Positions 20,085-28,392 of a stretch of 39,852 nt of DNA are shown here, in pieces. The stretch covers positions 1 to 39,852 of IMG/VR virus record IMGVR_UViG_3300037780_000056; one strand, written 5' to 3'. A program made the position numbers and the translations under genes. Origin of the DNA: a virus (lineage: Duplodnaviria; Caudoviricetes). Below the pieces are notes generated by a model. That model saw only the letters and a program-made list of their open reading frames with translations. It was not told the DNA's origin and did no database searches. How positions within the stretch are numbered: the first letter of the stretch is position 1; each line of letters begins with the position of its first letter.

Positions 20085-20708
20085 TTAAGCCTCGAGTGCT
20101 TTGCGCGGGAAGTCGCGCACGAACTGGTGAACAAAACCGGCGTCCGGGTTCCTGTTGTACTTGTCGTCCCAGATCTTACCGAGTGCCGCGATATCCGCCG
20201 GATCTTCTGGCCAACTAAAGGACTGTCGGTAAATGTGCGTCCTGGCAATAAAGACTGCATAGCGCATGTTGTGAATCAGGGGTGCATCGTCGACCTCATA
20301 GAACGTCTTTGAAACACGTAGAACTGAGCCGACCGGCAACATGTCTCTCGCATATGCCAGCCTGTCGCTGTAATACGCCAGATAGGTGTTGTATGTGTCC
20401 TGGTGTGTAGCGGATTCGATTTGGCAGATACCTAAGCCGCCATTCTCAACGATACCGCCACTGTTTGCCTTTTGGCGCAGGTATGTGCCGCCATGAGACT
20501 CATGGAACACGATACCGACCATCAGGTTAGCGGCCGCGTCATTCATCGCGCCAGGGAACACCACCTCCATGTCGGAGAGGGTAGGTACGACAACTTCGGT
20601 TTTGAATTGCACTGGATCGAACATATCAGCCTCGAGACTTGCTTGGCTTGGCAGGCTGAAAGCGACTGCCGCAGCGATTAGCAGAAAGATGGTTACTAGA
20701 TACCGCAT
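20085..20708 (-). CDS. Putative endolysin (lysozyme/transglycosylase-like) with N-terminal signal sequence
   Basis: HES.GGTYLRQ...GLGICQIESATH..., WDDKYN; hydrophobic leader MRYLVTIFLLIAAAVAFSLPSQA. Confidence 0.7.
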   Translation of the reverse strand: MRYLVTIFLLIAAAVAFSLPSQASLEADMFDPVQFKTEVVVPTLSDMEVVFPGAMNDAAANLMVGIVFHESHGGTYLRQKANSGGIVENGGLGICQIESATHQDTYNTYLAYYSDRLAYARDMLPVGSVLRVSKTFYEVDDAPLIHNMRYAVFIARTHIYRQSFSWPEDPADIAALGKIWDDKYNRNPDAGFVHQFVRDFPRKALEA

Positions 20709-20710
20709 GT

Positions 20711-21169
20711 TTAACTCTCCTTTGATTGGGATGTCCCCGGGATTTTTTCTATTGCCTTGTCCAAAAGCGGCTCAACATTCCCGTCATTGATAACGCCGTA
20801 TGAAAACGCAGAGACCAAAACAATCACTCCACCGACGATTAGCAGATTCTTCGTGGTGAATAAGCCGACAATCGTTGCTGGCTTCATGCCCAGAACGGCC
20901 TCAGCCTTACTTACACGCTCTTTGACGAGGCCGATCATCTTGTAAATATTTTGGGTTTCTTGTTCTTCTCGCTGTAAGCGAGTATCGATGTTAATCACCG
21001 TGTCTTTGATTGTTCGCACATCGCCGCGGAAATCATTCTGCGTACTTTCTATCTGCTCAAGTTTCCTGAGCTGCTCTTTTGTGTTGGCGTCCTCATCGAT
21101 ACAGTGGTTGCGAACAAACTCCTCCAACTGCTGGAATCTATCTAGCACCTGCTGAAGTTCTGACGACAT
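20711..21169 (-). CDS. Coiled-coil plus single-TM protein, first late gene (holin/antiholin candidate)
   Basis: Heptad-rich N-terminus; TM LLIVGGVIVLVSAFSYGVI. Confidence 0.6.
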   Translation of the reverse strand: MSSELQQVLDRFQQLEEFVRNHCIDEDANTKEQLRKLEQIESTQNDFRGDVRTIKDTVINIDTRLQREEQETQNIYKMIGLVKERVSKAEAVLGMKPATIVGLFTTKNLLIVGGVIVLVSAFSYGVINDGNVEPLLDKAIEKIPGTSQSKES

Positions 21170-21197
21170 TTGGTCCGGTTCCTGGGAATTCAGGCAT

Positions 21198-21222
21198 AAA
21201 AAAACCCGCGGAGAGCGGGTTA
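21198..21222 (-). terminator. Rho-independent terminator (tR'-like) ahead of the lysis genes
   Basis: Minus strand AACCCGC-TCTCC-GCGGGTTTTTTT. Confidence 0.8.
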
Positions 21223-21251
21223 TTTGGTGTCACCTCTGGCGACCTTTACAG

Positions 21252-21281
21252 AATTTGACATAAATCGTGTTGCCGCGTCAA
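21252..21281 (-). promoter_or_regulatory. Candidate late promoter (pR'-like)
   Basis: TTGACG-17/18 nt-TCAAAT/CAAATT just upstream of the terminator. Confidence 0.45.
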
Positions 21282-21506
21282 GGGTCAGACGTTGAATTTC
21301 TCACCACTGTTATCAATTTCAGATCTCCCGGCCACAAAAAATCAAACATTTTAGGCGCAGCTTAGGAAGAGGTAAAAAGCTAACTTTTTGTGGTTTTTTA
21401 CCCTCGATCACAAAGCCTCATTCCAATAGTGTTATCGCTACTTGGTTATTCGCAGTATTTCGGAATAGCTAACTAAATTGACAATTTGAAGAGGCAGTTA
21501 ACGATC

Positions 21507-21743
21507 ATGTGCGATACAAACGACGATCCCATACTTCTTAACACAACTGATGCAGCTCGCTTAATTGGGGCCAAAACTGACGTGCTACGCATCTCAAGAA
21601 AATCTGGTGAGATATATAGTGGAATAAAAACGCCACCTTGGATAAAGCTCGGTCGTTCCGTCCGATACCGGCGAGACGATTTGATGAATTGGGTCGAGCG
21701 CTATGCTAGCAACAGAGTAACGACAACTCAGCCGGAGAACTAA
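21507..21743 (+). CDS. AlpA/excisionase-like HTH protein, antisense to flanking genes
   Basis: LLNTTDAARLIG...PPWIKLGRSVRYRRDDLMNW; GAGG upstream of ATG. Confidence 0.85.
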   Translation: MCDTNDDPILLNTTDAARLIGAKTDVLRISRKSGEIYSGIKTPPWIKLGRSVRYRRDDLMNWVERYASNRVTTTQPEN

Positions 21744-21762
21744 CACCAGCGGGTAACGCACC

Positions 21763-22221
21763 TCAGGTAAGCAGCTCCCGCGGGAAGTTATCGACTTCCA
21801 TCATTACCATATCAAATCCGATTAGCTTGTAGCGCCTGGCGTACTCTTTGCTGCAGTTGAGCTCCCTGGCGATCTCGCTGTAACTCATGCCGGTGTAGTG
21901 CAGGCAGAGCGCATTGTAAGCGAAGATGTTAATTCGCATCAGTTTGGCCATTACGGCTTCCATCCTGGCTGTGGAGCTGCTGATCTTAATCGTTGACGCC
22001 TTGCCGCTCCTGGTTTCCGTTGCATGTACCCGGGCGCTGCCTTCTTCGCTTTTTGACGATCGCGGCCTTGATCTATGGTTACGGGTCTCTGTGATGGCCA
22101 GCGGCTCGCCAGAGTAGCCACTCGAACCGAGTATCGAACGATCGGGAGTACTCATCTCCCTAAGCCATTGCTGCAGAAGTCGATCGGTCGCTACTTCAAG
22201 CTGTTCTGGATCCAGCACCAT
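21763..22221 (-). CDS. Late-gene regulator (Q/RinA-like, sigma region-4-type HTH)
   Basis: LHYTGMSYSEIARELNCS; last early gene before the late promoter. Confidence 0.7.
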   Translation of the reverse strand: MVLDPEQLEVATDRLLQQWLREMSTPDRSILGSSGYSGEPLAITETRNHRSRPRSSKSEEGSARVHATETRSGKASTIKISSSTARMEAVMAKLMRINIFAYNALCLHYTGMSYSEIARELNCSKEYARRYKLIGFDMVMMEVDNFPRELLT

Positions 22222-22243
22222 AGGTTATCGCTCTTTAAGTCCG

Positions 22244-22759
22244 TCAGTTAGGATTGGCCGCGGTAGCGAGCGCAATCTCGTGTATTTCGTTCACAGCGTC
22301 TAAGCAGTTTCGAGGTACGTCCTTTCGGAACACCTCGCGGATCTGCATAGTCGGATACCGCGCCAGCGCTTGTTTTTTCTTGTTCCTGTACGTTTGACTC
22401 AATCGGCCTTTGTAATCGACAAACTCGATGCCACCACCTGGCAGCACTAACATAAAATCCAGCACCATCTTGACGCCACCACCGCATTCGACCGGCACCT
22501 GGCGCAAGAAATACTCCAGGGCGCCATACTCGACCTGACCCTGCAGGTACAGGTAATAGGCTGCCTCGCCCTTACTATCGAACCTAATGCCATCCACAAC
22601 GACTGGCACATTGCGCATTTTCGAGCCGGCCGCTTTTGGAGTACTCTCGGCAGGGCTTTTCCCATCGTCCTTGGTGGGTGGCGGTCCAGGCTTACGCACT
22701 GGTTCCTTCCCGGTTGCCAGGTATATTCGATGCTCTTCCAGAGACCAGTGTTCTGTCAT
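22244..22759 (-). CDS. DUF1064-like PD-(D/E)xK nuclease
   Basis: VDGIRFDSKGEA.YY..L, RQVP, LDF, VDYKG. Confidence 0.85.
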   Translation of the reverse strand: MTEHWSLEEHRIYLATGKEPVRKPGPPPTKDDGKSPAESTPKAAGSKMRNVPVVVDGIRFDSKGEAAYYLYLQGQVEYGALEYFLRQVPVECGGGVKMVLDFMLVLPGGGIEFVDYKGRLSQTYRNKKKQALARYPTMQIREVFRKDVPRNCLDAVNEIHEIALATAANPN

Positions 22760-22773
22760 CGATTCAGCACCAA

Positions 22774-22881
22774 TTAGCCGTTAATGACGTCGTCGACAGT
22801 CTGGGCTATGTGGATCGAGGTCAGCACCAGCAGCACCGCGATTGTTATCACAGCAGCTAAGAATAGATAAACCATCTTCAT
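22774..22881 (-). CDS. 35-aa single-TM peptide (MKMVYLFLAAVITIAVLLVLTSIHIAQTVDDVING), absent from ORF track
   Basis: ATGA overlap with the upstream stop; fills the gap. Confidence 0.55.
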   Translation of the reverse strand: MKMVYLFLAAVITIAVLLVLTSIHIAQTVDDVING

Positions 22882-23159
22882 CCCTTACCACTTACGCTTG
22901 GATTGACCTGATACAAAAACATGCTTCCGCCAGTCGGGTCGCCAATGTTCTTTCTGATCAAGTAGCCTTTTCTAACCAGCGCCTTGAGCCGTGAACTTGC
23001 GCTATTGATAGATATGTGAAGCAGTTCAGAAACATCGTTTGTGGTATACTGCTCACCATCATCCAGCCTCTTAATCAGGTTGCGCTGCGGCTCTGTTAAC
23101 CTGATTTCCTCATAGGTCGCTGGACAATCCAAAGCCAGTTTCATTAACCCGATGTTCAT
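22878..23159 (-). CDS. Winged-helix DNA-binding protein
   Basis: TTNDVSELLHISINSASSRLKALVRKGYL. Confidence 0.8.
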   Translation of the reverse strand: MNIGLMKLALDCPATYEEIRLTEPQRNLIKRLDDGEQYTTNDVSELLHISINSASSRLKALVRKGYLIRKNIGDPTGGSMFLYQVNPSVSGKG

Positions 23160-23168
23160 CGTTTTCTC

Positions 23169-23459
23169 CTACCACCTAGCATCGTTAAATTTAGGGTCAT
23201 CTGGATGGACCCAAAGCTCATATACCGCACCGTGCATATCCTGTTGGTACGATGTGTTTCTAATAATTCGGTACTGCGTTAATCCCTTACTTTCAGCCCA
23301 TTCCTTGATCTGTTTTCGCTGAGTCCAACCATCAGCGTCCATATCAATCTCGTTTGGAAAGTCCCCGCAATAGGTACAGTAGAACAGCGTAACGAAGCCA
23401 AGCTGTTGAGAAATGTTTGCCTCTGTGCAGTTCCGCTCTCTGCCTATCGCGTGAGTCAC
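23169..23459 (-). CDS. Hypothetical protein flanked by 16-bp direct repeats
   Basis: AGGAG RBS; repeats at 23163-23178 and 23463-23478. Confidence 0.65.
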   Translation of the reverse strand: MTHAIGRERNCTEANISQQLGFVTLFYCTYCGDFPNEIDMDADGWTQRKQIKEWAESKGLTQYRIIRNTSYQQDMHGAVYELWVHPDDPKFNDARW

Positions 23460-23475
23460 ATGTTTCTCCTACCAC

Positions 23476-23820
23476 CTACGTGGTGCTTTGTTGTTGCGGT
23501 ATGGCAAAGTCTCGAAAGTCCTCGCTGCCTGTTTCAATGTGTTCCTGGTTGCCTTCACGTAAGCAAGGGATCTGTGCAACGCTGAGCCGGCGCCCGGTCA
23601 GTGCTTCGTTGATTAGCGATGGCAGGCGATTGAATATCTCGTCTGGCATATCACCAAAATTCACGCAGTGCAGCGATCGCAACTTGTTGTAAGCATCACC
23701 GCCAGGCGTATGGCCCATCAGTTCCGCGGCCTCCTTGATATCGGTGATGTAGAACGTTCCCTTTTTCAGCATCTGCTCTATCTGGAACGCTGCAAATATT
23801 TTCGATTCATTATTCGCCAT
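23476..23820 (-). CDS. Hypothetical protein
   Basis: GGAG RBS before MANNES; LRSLHCVNFGDMP segment. Confidence 0.7.
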   Translation of the reverse strand: MANNESKIFAAFQIEQMLKKGTFYITDIKEAAELMGHTPGGDAYNKLRSLHCVNFGDMPDEIFNRLPSLINEALTGRRLSVAQIPCLREGNQEHIETGSEDFRDFAIPQQQSTT

Positions 23821-23821
23821 G

Positions 23822-23992
23822 TTATTGGTCTCCATACTTGTCTATCAGAAAATTGAGCCGCTTCATTTCAGGCGAGCAGCGATCGTAAATTTCCCAGGCC
23901 ACGTCGCCATGCCAGATTTTGATCGTCTCTTTCGCTTCTTTGAGGCCGGCTACGAGCTGAGCAATCACTTCTTTGTCATCAGGTTTTTGCAT
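23822..23992 (-). CDS. 56-aa hypothetical protein (MQKPDDKEVIAQL...KYGDQ), absent from ORF track
   Basis: AAGGA RBS; fills the operon gap. Confidence 0.6.
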   Translation of the reverse strand: MQKPDDKEVIAQLVAGLKEAKETIKIWHGDVAWEIYDRCSPEMKRLNFLIDKYGDQ

Positions 23993-24002
23993 ATCAGTCC
24001 TT

Positions 24003-24584
24003 TTATCGAATTGACACGAGACCGTTCATATCCTCGTCCGACTTGGCTGTGTCTAGCGAATCACCTTCAGACCATCCGTAAATTTCTCCGGTGATCAGGC
24101 GATAGGTTTTTGCGGTCGCGAAGTTCGTCACGTGGATTTCAACTTTTTCCAAACCGTAACGTGAGAAATCTACCGAGTCCCTAACGTGCGACTGCATATG
24201 CCCAGGAGTGATCTCATTAGCGTTACGACAGACAAGGTACTCCGACATCGCGGCCTGTAATTCAGCCTGCAGCGTGGCCTCAGCGTGATGGAGAGTCCTA
24301 TACAGTAACTCGAGGTTACTGATCTCGTATGTGACCTGCGCCGATACTGTTATGACCTTGCCGTCCCTGGTTGTGTTGGTCTGGGCGTGTGTGGCGGTTA
24401 CTCTGCGTCGAATCGACTGCTTATAGATAACATCCAGCACCGGCAGCTTTACGTGGACACCTGCGTTAAGAACTTTGATGTGCTTGCCAAGTCGGACACG
24501 AATCACCTGCTCCCAGGGTGCAACGACGACCCACCAAATCAGCAGCTGTCGGAAGTTGTTATAAATCTCGCGAAGAATATCCAT
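24003..24584 (-). CDS. SPFH/Band-7 domain protein
   Basis: VVAPWEQVIRVRLGK...GVHVKLP, QTNTTRDGKVITV. Confidence 0.85.
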   Translation of the reverse strand: MDILREIYNNFRQLLIWWVVVAPWEQVIRVRLGKHIKVLNAGVHVKLPVLDVIYKQSIRRRVTATHAQTNTTRDGKVITVSAQVTYEISNLELLYRTLHHAEATLQAELQAAMSEYLVCRNANEITPGHMQSHVRDSVDFSRYGLEKVEIHVTNFATAKTYRLITGEIYGWSEGDSLDTAKSDEDMNGLVSIR

Positions 24585-24983
24585 CTAACTAAGCCCCTTG
24601 TTTTTGCAGTTATCTGCGTGTGGTTGATGGCGATCGCGGATATATTTCAGGCCGGCTGCACAGTGCTGTTTAGCCAGGTCGGTCGGCTCGATCGCCATGT
24701 TTTTATCCTGGTGCGTTTTGACCCAGAGAATAGGTTGACCGCATCGGTTGCAATCCGTCGGTTCTACGTCGGTGCTGGCTTGCGATATTTGATCCAGTAG
24801 CGGCCGGGTCTGGTTAAACGCGTTGTTTAACCAGTTGAGCTGGCTGCCGGTGACGTGCTTCTTGCGGCTGAGCTCAGATACTAATTTGCGCTCATAATCA
24901 TTGAGAAGATCATGGCAGTCGCTAACCAGGACGCTGATCATGTACTGGTCGTCTGCTGTGAGTCTGACGTTAGCGCGGTTCAT
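24585..24983 (-). CDS. Hypothetical protein with C-terminal CxxC...HxxxC zinc-ribbon-like motif
   Basis: CNRCGQPILWVKT...HQPHADNC. Confidence 0.7.
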   Translation of the reverse strand: MNRANVRLTADDQYMISVLVSDCHDLLNDYERKLVSELSRKKHVTGSQLNWLNNAFNQTRPLLDQISQASTDVEPTDCNRCGQPILWVKTHQDKNMAIEPTDLAKQHCAAGLKYIRDRHQPHADNCKNKGLS

Positions 24984-25513
24984 TTAAAGTTTACCCGTTG
25001 AGGTTTGTATTTTTTGCCGGCGAACCTTTTAGCCAGGCTCACGTCGGCCCCCCGTAACCGCTCAAGCTCTTCTGCCTGCTGGTTTCGCAAGCGAATTGCC
25101 ATGTCGACTATGAACTGAGCGCCATGGACAGCGCTTCCTCTAGCGAGTCGATTAAGCTGCTCGTCAATCAACAACGGATCCAAGCGGCGAGCGTGTCGCC
25201 TATCGATGCGGCGATCGACTAGAGTGTTGTAAACAGACTTTGCGGCCGTTAGAAGCAACTGGTCATCGTCCACTTTTTTGCACGAGACGTGTAAGACCTT
25301 GCAGTCTTTAAGTAGAACATCGCTGATCTGCAGGTAGGTCATATCGTGGATGGCCCGCATTAGCCATACAGCTACCGACTGAGCATTAGCAGCTGGGCCT
25401 TCGTTCCGAGTCCGCGCCTCGCTGATCCTGAGCTCAACACCGAAGTGACTTTCTGCCTCTATGAGAATCTCGCTTGGAGGGGGCAGCACAGGTAACGCGG
25501 GAAGGGTAGTCAT
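24980..25513 (-). CDS. Protein with DnaA C-terminal-like HTH
   Basis: AQSVAVWLMR...MTYLQISDVLLKDCKVLHVSCKKV resembles DnaA domain IV. Confidence 0.6.
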   Translation of the reverse strand: MTTLPALPVLPPPSEILIEAESHFGVELRISEARTRNEGPAANAQSVAVWLMRAIHDMTYLQISDVLLKDCKVLHVSCKKVDDDQLLLTAAKSVYNTLVDRRIDRRHARRLDPLLIDEQLNRLARGSAVHGAQFIVDMAIRLRNQQAEELERLRGADVSLAKRFAGKKYKPQRVNFK

Positions 25514-25992
25514 TATCTGATCCTGTACGTGAGCGTGATCGCGTCGAAGCCATGGTTAACGTCATTTGTGTTCGCGTTGCTCCAGTGGCGCCAGGTTATG
25601 GAGTAGGGCCCCCTCCGGTATCCGATGCCCAGGTTAAAACTCAGTGCGGATCCGAGGACGTCGCTCACCTCGTTGACTGACAGGCCGCCAGACACCTCAA
25701 AGCCGGCTGGGAGGGGATATCGATATCCGGCGTTAATGAAATGCTGGTTATCAACATATCCGTCGTCACGGCGTTTCACGTTCTCCAGGTGGTCGAGGGA
25801 TACATACCAGCGCTCCCAGGAGTACTCGAGGTGGTAGCCATGGCCACCGATATCGCCGCCCTCTAGATCGGTGTCCAGGTAGAACGGCTGGTTGTAACCG
25901 ACCGCGATCTCGGCGGTAGCTGGGTTACCCAGCACCAATACGGCGATGGCTGTCATGAGTGTGAGCAATTGGCTTACAGGTTTTCTAGGCAT
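25513..25992 (-). CDS. pagL: PagL-like outer-membrane lipid A 3-O-deacylase (acyloxyacyl hydrolase family)
   Basis: Signal peptide, amphipathic beta strands, C-terminal RHWSNANTNDVNHGFD. Confidence 0.75.
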   Translation of the reverse strand: MPRKPVSQLLTLMTAIAVLVLGNPATAEIAVGYNQPFYLDTDLEGGDIGGHGYHLEYSWERWYVSLDHLENVKRRDDGYVDNQHFINAGYRYPLPAGFEVSGGLSVNEVSDVLGSALSFNLGIGYRRGPYSITWRHWSNANTNDVNHGFDAITLTYRIR

Positions 25993-26347
25993 TGTCTTCT
26001 CCGTTGCCAGGTCTAAGTGGGATAACTTGTGGCTTGTGGTCGCTACGCGGCTTCGGCCGAGAGTCGTTTGCGTCCTGCTTCCCACCCGGGTCTTTTGGAT
26101 CCAGGTGGGAAGCCTCTACCGTGAGGCAGCGAGTGATTCGGTTTTGAGGTGGCAAATGCTTGATGCATTCGTGGCAGATCTGGGCACCGCTCGTGGCGAT
26201 GGACACCCATCGACGATGGCTGCAGCGGCAGTACTCACCGGTCGATTGTCTGCGCCTGGCATCAAACTGACGGTAACGCTCGGCGATCAAGCAGCCGAGG
26301 ATCCCCATCAACGCGCACAGAGTCACAACGTCCAGGGCGGCACTCAT
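25985..26347 (-). CDS. Hypothetical protein, N-terminal TM and Cys/His motif
   Basis: Coupled ORF; CRCSH...CHEC. Confidence 0.6.
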   Translation of the reverse strand: MSAALDVVTLCALMGILGCLIAERYRQFDARRRQSTGEYCRCSHRRWVSIATSGAQICHECIKHLPPQNRITRCLTVEASHLDPKDPGGKQDANDSRPKPRSDHKPQVIPLRPGNGEDNA

Positions 26348-26574
26348 GCATGCACCTCACCCAGATCCTGCCGCGGTGGCCGGCGGAGCCAGAGGTTGGC
26401 GGTCTCGCTTAGAGGGGCATCGCATGGCTGTGGCGCACCAAGCCCCCTCATGTCGGTCGATCGGTAGTACTCGCGGTTGTAGCACTTGGGCTCGCAGAAT
26501 CGGCGTGGCTGGGTTCTAACCTGCCGCTCGAATGGTTTGCCGCAGCCTTCGCAATTCGCTGTCTCCGTTCTCAT
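26344..26574 (-). CDS. Small zinc-finger-like protein
   Basis: CEGCGKPF...RRFCEPKC. Confidence 0.65.
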   Translation of the reverse strand: MRTETANCEGCGKPFERQVRTQPRRFCEPKCYNREYYRSTDMRGLGAPQPCDAPLSETANLWLRRPPRQDLGEVHA

Positions 26575-27080
26575 TGGTTCCCCTCGTTTTCGTTAGTGGA
26601 TTTCCTGCGAGCAGGGCAGGTAGCAAAGTGGGACTTGTGTCGTAGCGGGTCGTACATCACGCCGTCGCGCTTGTCGTCCATGGCTTGCCCTGAGTAATCA
26701 ACAGGCATCGACTTGCCCTTGCTGGTCTTAAGAAAAACGAGCGGGGCGTTGCATTGGTCGCAGCGGTTTTTGCTGCTAACGGGTCTCTCCGGTTCCGATC
26801 GCCGCGCCGGCTCTGGTGTTGGTTCAGGCTGGATATCCGCATCGGATATCTCGATGGCCTGCGCTGGTTCGACCTGGTTCCATTCGGCTTCGAGCATTCG
26901 GTCAAGTTTGCGATGGCAGGCAGCGCGTTCGACCGGGGTGTCTCCTGGGAGATCCAGGCTGTTCACGATCCGAGCGATGGGGAACGTGTAGCCGTCTGGT
27001 TGCTTGATATCCGCACCGCCGGCCATGATTCGGCGTTGCAGGAGCAGGTAGCACTTGCCTCGAACTTCTGCGCGGTTCAT
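26571..27080 (-). CDS. Hypothetical protein with C-terminal CxxC...HxxxC motif
   Basis: ATGA coupling to the replication gene; CDQCNAPLVFLKT...HKSHFATC. Confidence 0.7.
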   Translation of the reverse strand: MNRAEVRGKCYLLLQRRIMAGGADIKQPDGYTFPIARIVNSLDLPGDTPVERAACHRKLDRMLEAEWNQVEPAQAIEISDADIQPEPTPEPARRSEPERPVSSKNRCDQCNAPLVFLKTSKGKSMPVDYSGQAMDDKRDGVMYDPLRHKSHFATCPARRKSTNENEGNQ

Positions 27081-27970
27081 GAGGCTTCTCCTTGTCGCTG
27101 AACCTGGTTCTGGAATTTGAGAACCTGGTCGCTCCAGTGAGCTATGAGGGTTTGGTTTTCGGTCGCTCTGAATTCGCAAAGCATCCGTCGTGCATGAGCT
27201 AGTCTTTGCTCTGGCGAGTCTTCGTGCGTTGGTGATTCAAACTTCCGCCTGATGGCCTGGGGGCGATTCTGGGTGTTGGGTGAATCAAGATGGCGAGCAT
27301 CGATTTTGTGTTGAGCCCTGGCCCATTCGATGAAGTACTCGTCCCAGATTGCCTCCGGTTTTTTCTTCGCCTTGACCATGAACATCGGGATCCAGTGATC
27401 AGGGATTTTGAAGTTTTGTCCCCAAAGCGCTTTAAGCGCATCGATGACGCCGGGTGGCGGATGCCACCGTCTGGAAGAGGTTTGTAAAAGGTCTGTTCTT
27501 TGCCCGTGACCGATTCGGTCACCGTATAGTGACCGATTCGGTAACCGTTTAGTGACCGATTCGGTCACCGTTTTATCATCTACCGTGACCGGTTCGGTCA
27601 CCGTTGTTTGGCTATCTACAGTGACTGATTCGGTCACCGTTGTTTCTTCTACGGTGACTGATTCGGTCACCGTTTCAGGTATCAGGATCCGGTACTCACT
27701 TGGCCTTGAAAAACCACCGTTGCCCACTTTTTCGATCCAGCCTAGTTTGACAAGTTGGGTAGTGACTCTGGATATCACTTCCGCTTTGTAAGAGCCGCCA
27801 CAGCGTTCGATTATCTTGGATCTCCGAACCCTTACAGTGTCATCATCCCGATCACGGAACGAGCAAATCACCGCTAGCACTCGCAGCTGCATTTTCGAAA
27901 GCCTGTTATCGGCGATCGCGGCTAACGGCACCATGGCGAACCTGGCGTCAATTACAGACTCATGGCTCAT
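27077..27970 (-). CDS. Replication initiator (lambda O-like, N-terminal wHTH)
   Basis: FAMVP...LSKMQLRVL...LVKLGWIE...YRI, followed by internal iterons. Confidence 0.85.
   Translation of the reverse strand: MSHESVIDARFAMVPLAAIADNRLSKMQLRVLAVICSFRDRDDDTVRVRRSKIIERCGGSYKAEVISRVTTQLVKLGWIEKVGNGGFSRPSEYRILIPETVTESVTVEETTVTESVTVDSQTTVTEPVTVDDKTVTESVTKRLPNRSLYGDRIGHGQRTDLLQTSSRRWHPPPGVIDALKALWGQNFKIPDHWIPMFMVKAKKKPEAIWDEYFIEWARAQHKIDARHLDSPNTQNRPQAIRRKFESPTHEDSPEQRLAHARRMLCEFRATENQTLIAHWSDQVLKFQNQVQRQGEAS
27506..27671. repeat. Replication origin: six palindromic iterons GTGACYGATTCGGTCACC
   Basis: Copies start at 27506, 27529, 27552, 27585, 27621, 27654. Confidence 0.88.
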
Positions 27971-28178
27971 AGGGCGCCTCCAGGTCGTTGAGTAGCTGCT
28001 GCAGGTTGATGCAGTCTGGGAGTAGTTCCTCCCGGGTCGTCCGAACTACGACGGAGCCGCGCTTGAATAGCGCGTGTGGGTCGCAATGCGTTGTGGTGAC
28101 GACAAATACTTCTGTGGTGGTTTTTACGGTTCTGGAGGCCTGTGCGGCGCGCTCCAGCACCAAAGTGCGATGATGCAT
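27960..28178 (-). CDS. Small C4-controlled ORF (icd/kil/ant position)
   Basis: RBS AAAGGA overlaps the antisense target; overlaps the replication gene start. Confidence 0.6.
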   Translation of the reverse strand: MHHRTLVLERAAQASRTVKTTTEVFVVTTTHCDPHALFKRGSVVVRTTREELLPDCINLQQLLNDLEAPYEP

Positions 28179-28228
28179 TGGTGTGGTCCTTTACAGTTTT
28201 AGTTGCTGACCACCAGTTAGTAGCTGGT

Positions 28229-28311
28229 GGCCGGGTCTCAACTAGAGCCTGTAAAGAAGCTCCGGGCCTATTCCCCTTGCGGGTATTGTATTGACGCCTC
28301 TCAACCCGGCC
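28229..28311 (-). ncRNA. C4/CI-type antisense RNA
   Basis: GGCCGGGTTGAGA...CCCGCAAGGG...CTTTACAGGCTCTAGTTGAGACCCGGCC; CTTTACAG and TCTAGTTG complement sites both upstream and downstream. Confidence 0.8.
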
Positions 28312-28340
28312 TTTCGGCTGGCTTCGCCAAATTTCAGGCG

Positions 28341-28392
28341 AAAAAAAACCGCAAGGCTTTCGGGTGCGGAAGACCGCTTTACAAGTTCTAGT
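28341..28392 (-). promoter_or_regulatory. a1/b1 target sites plus terminator hairpin (c4-a1b1-like leader)
   Basis: ACTAGAA..TGTAAAG followed by CCGCA-CCCGAAAGCCT-TGCGGTTTTTTTT. Confidence 0.7.

Noticed and set aside
27506-27671. Palindromic repeats as a CRISPR mini-array
   Set aside because: Spacers are only 5-18 nt and the repeats sit inside the initiator gene, which fits iterons
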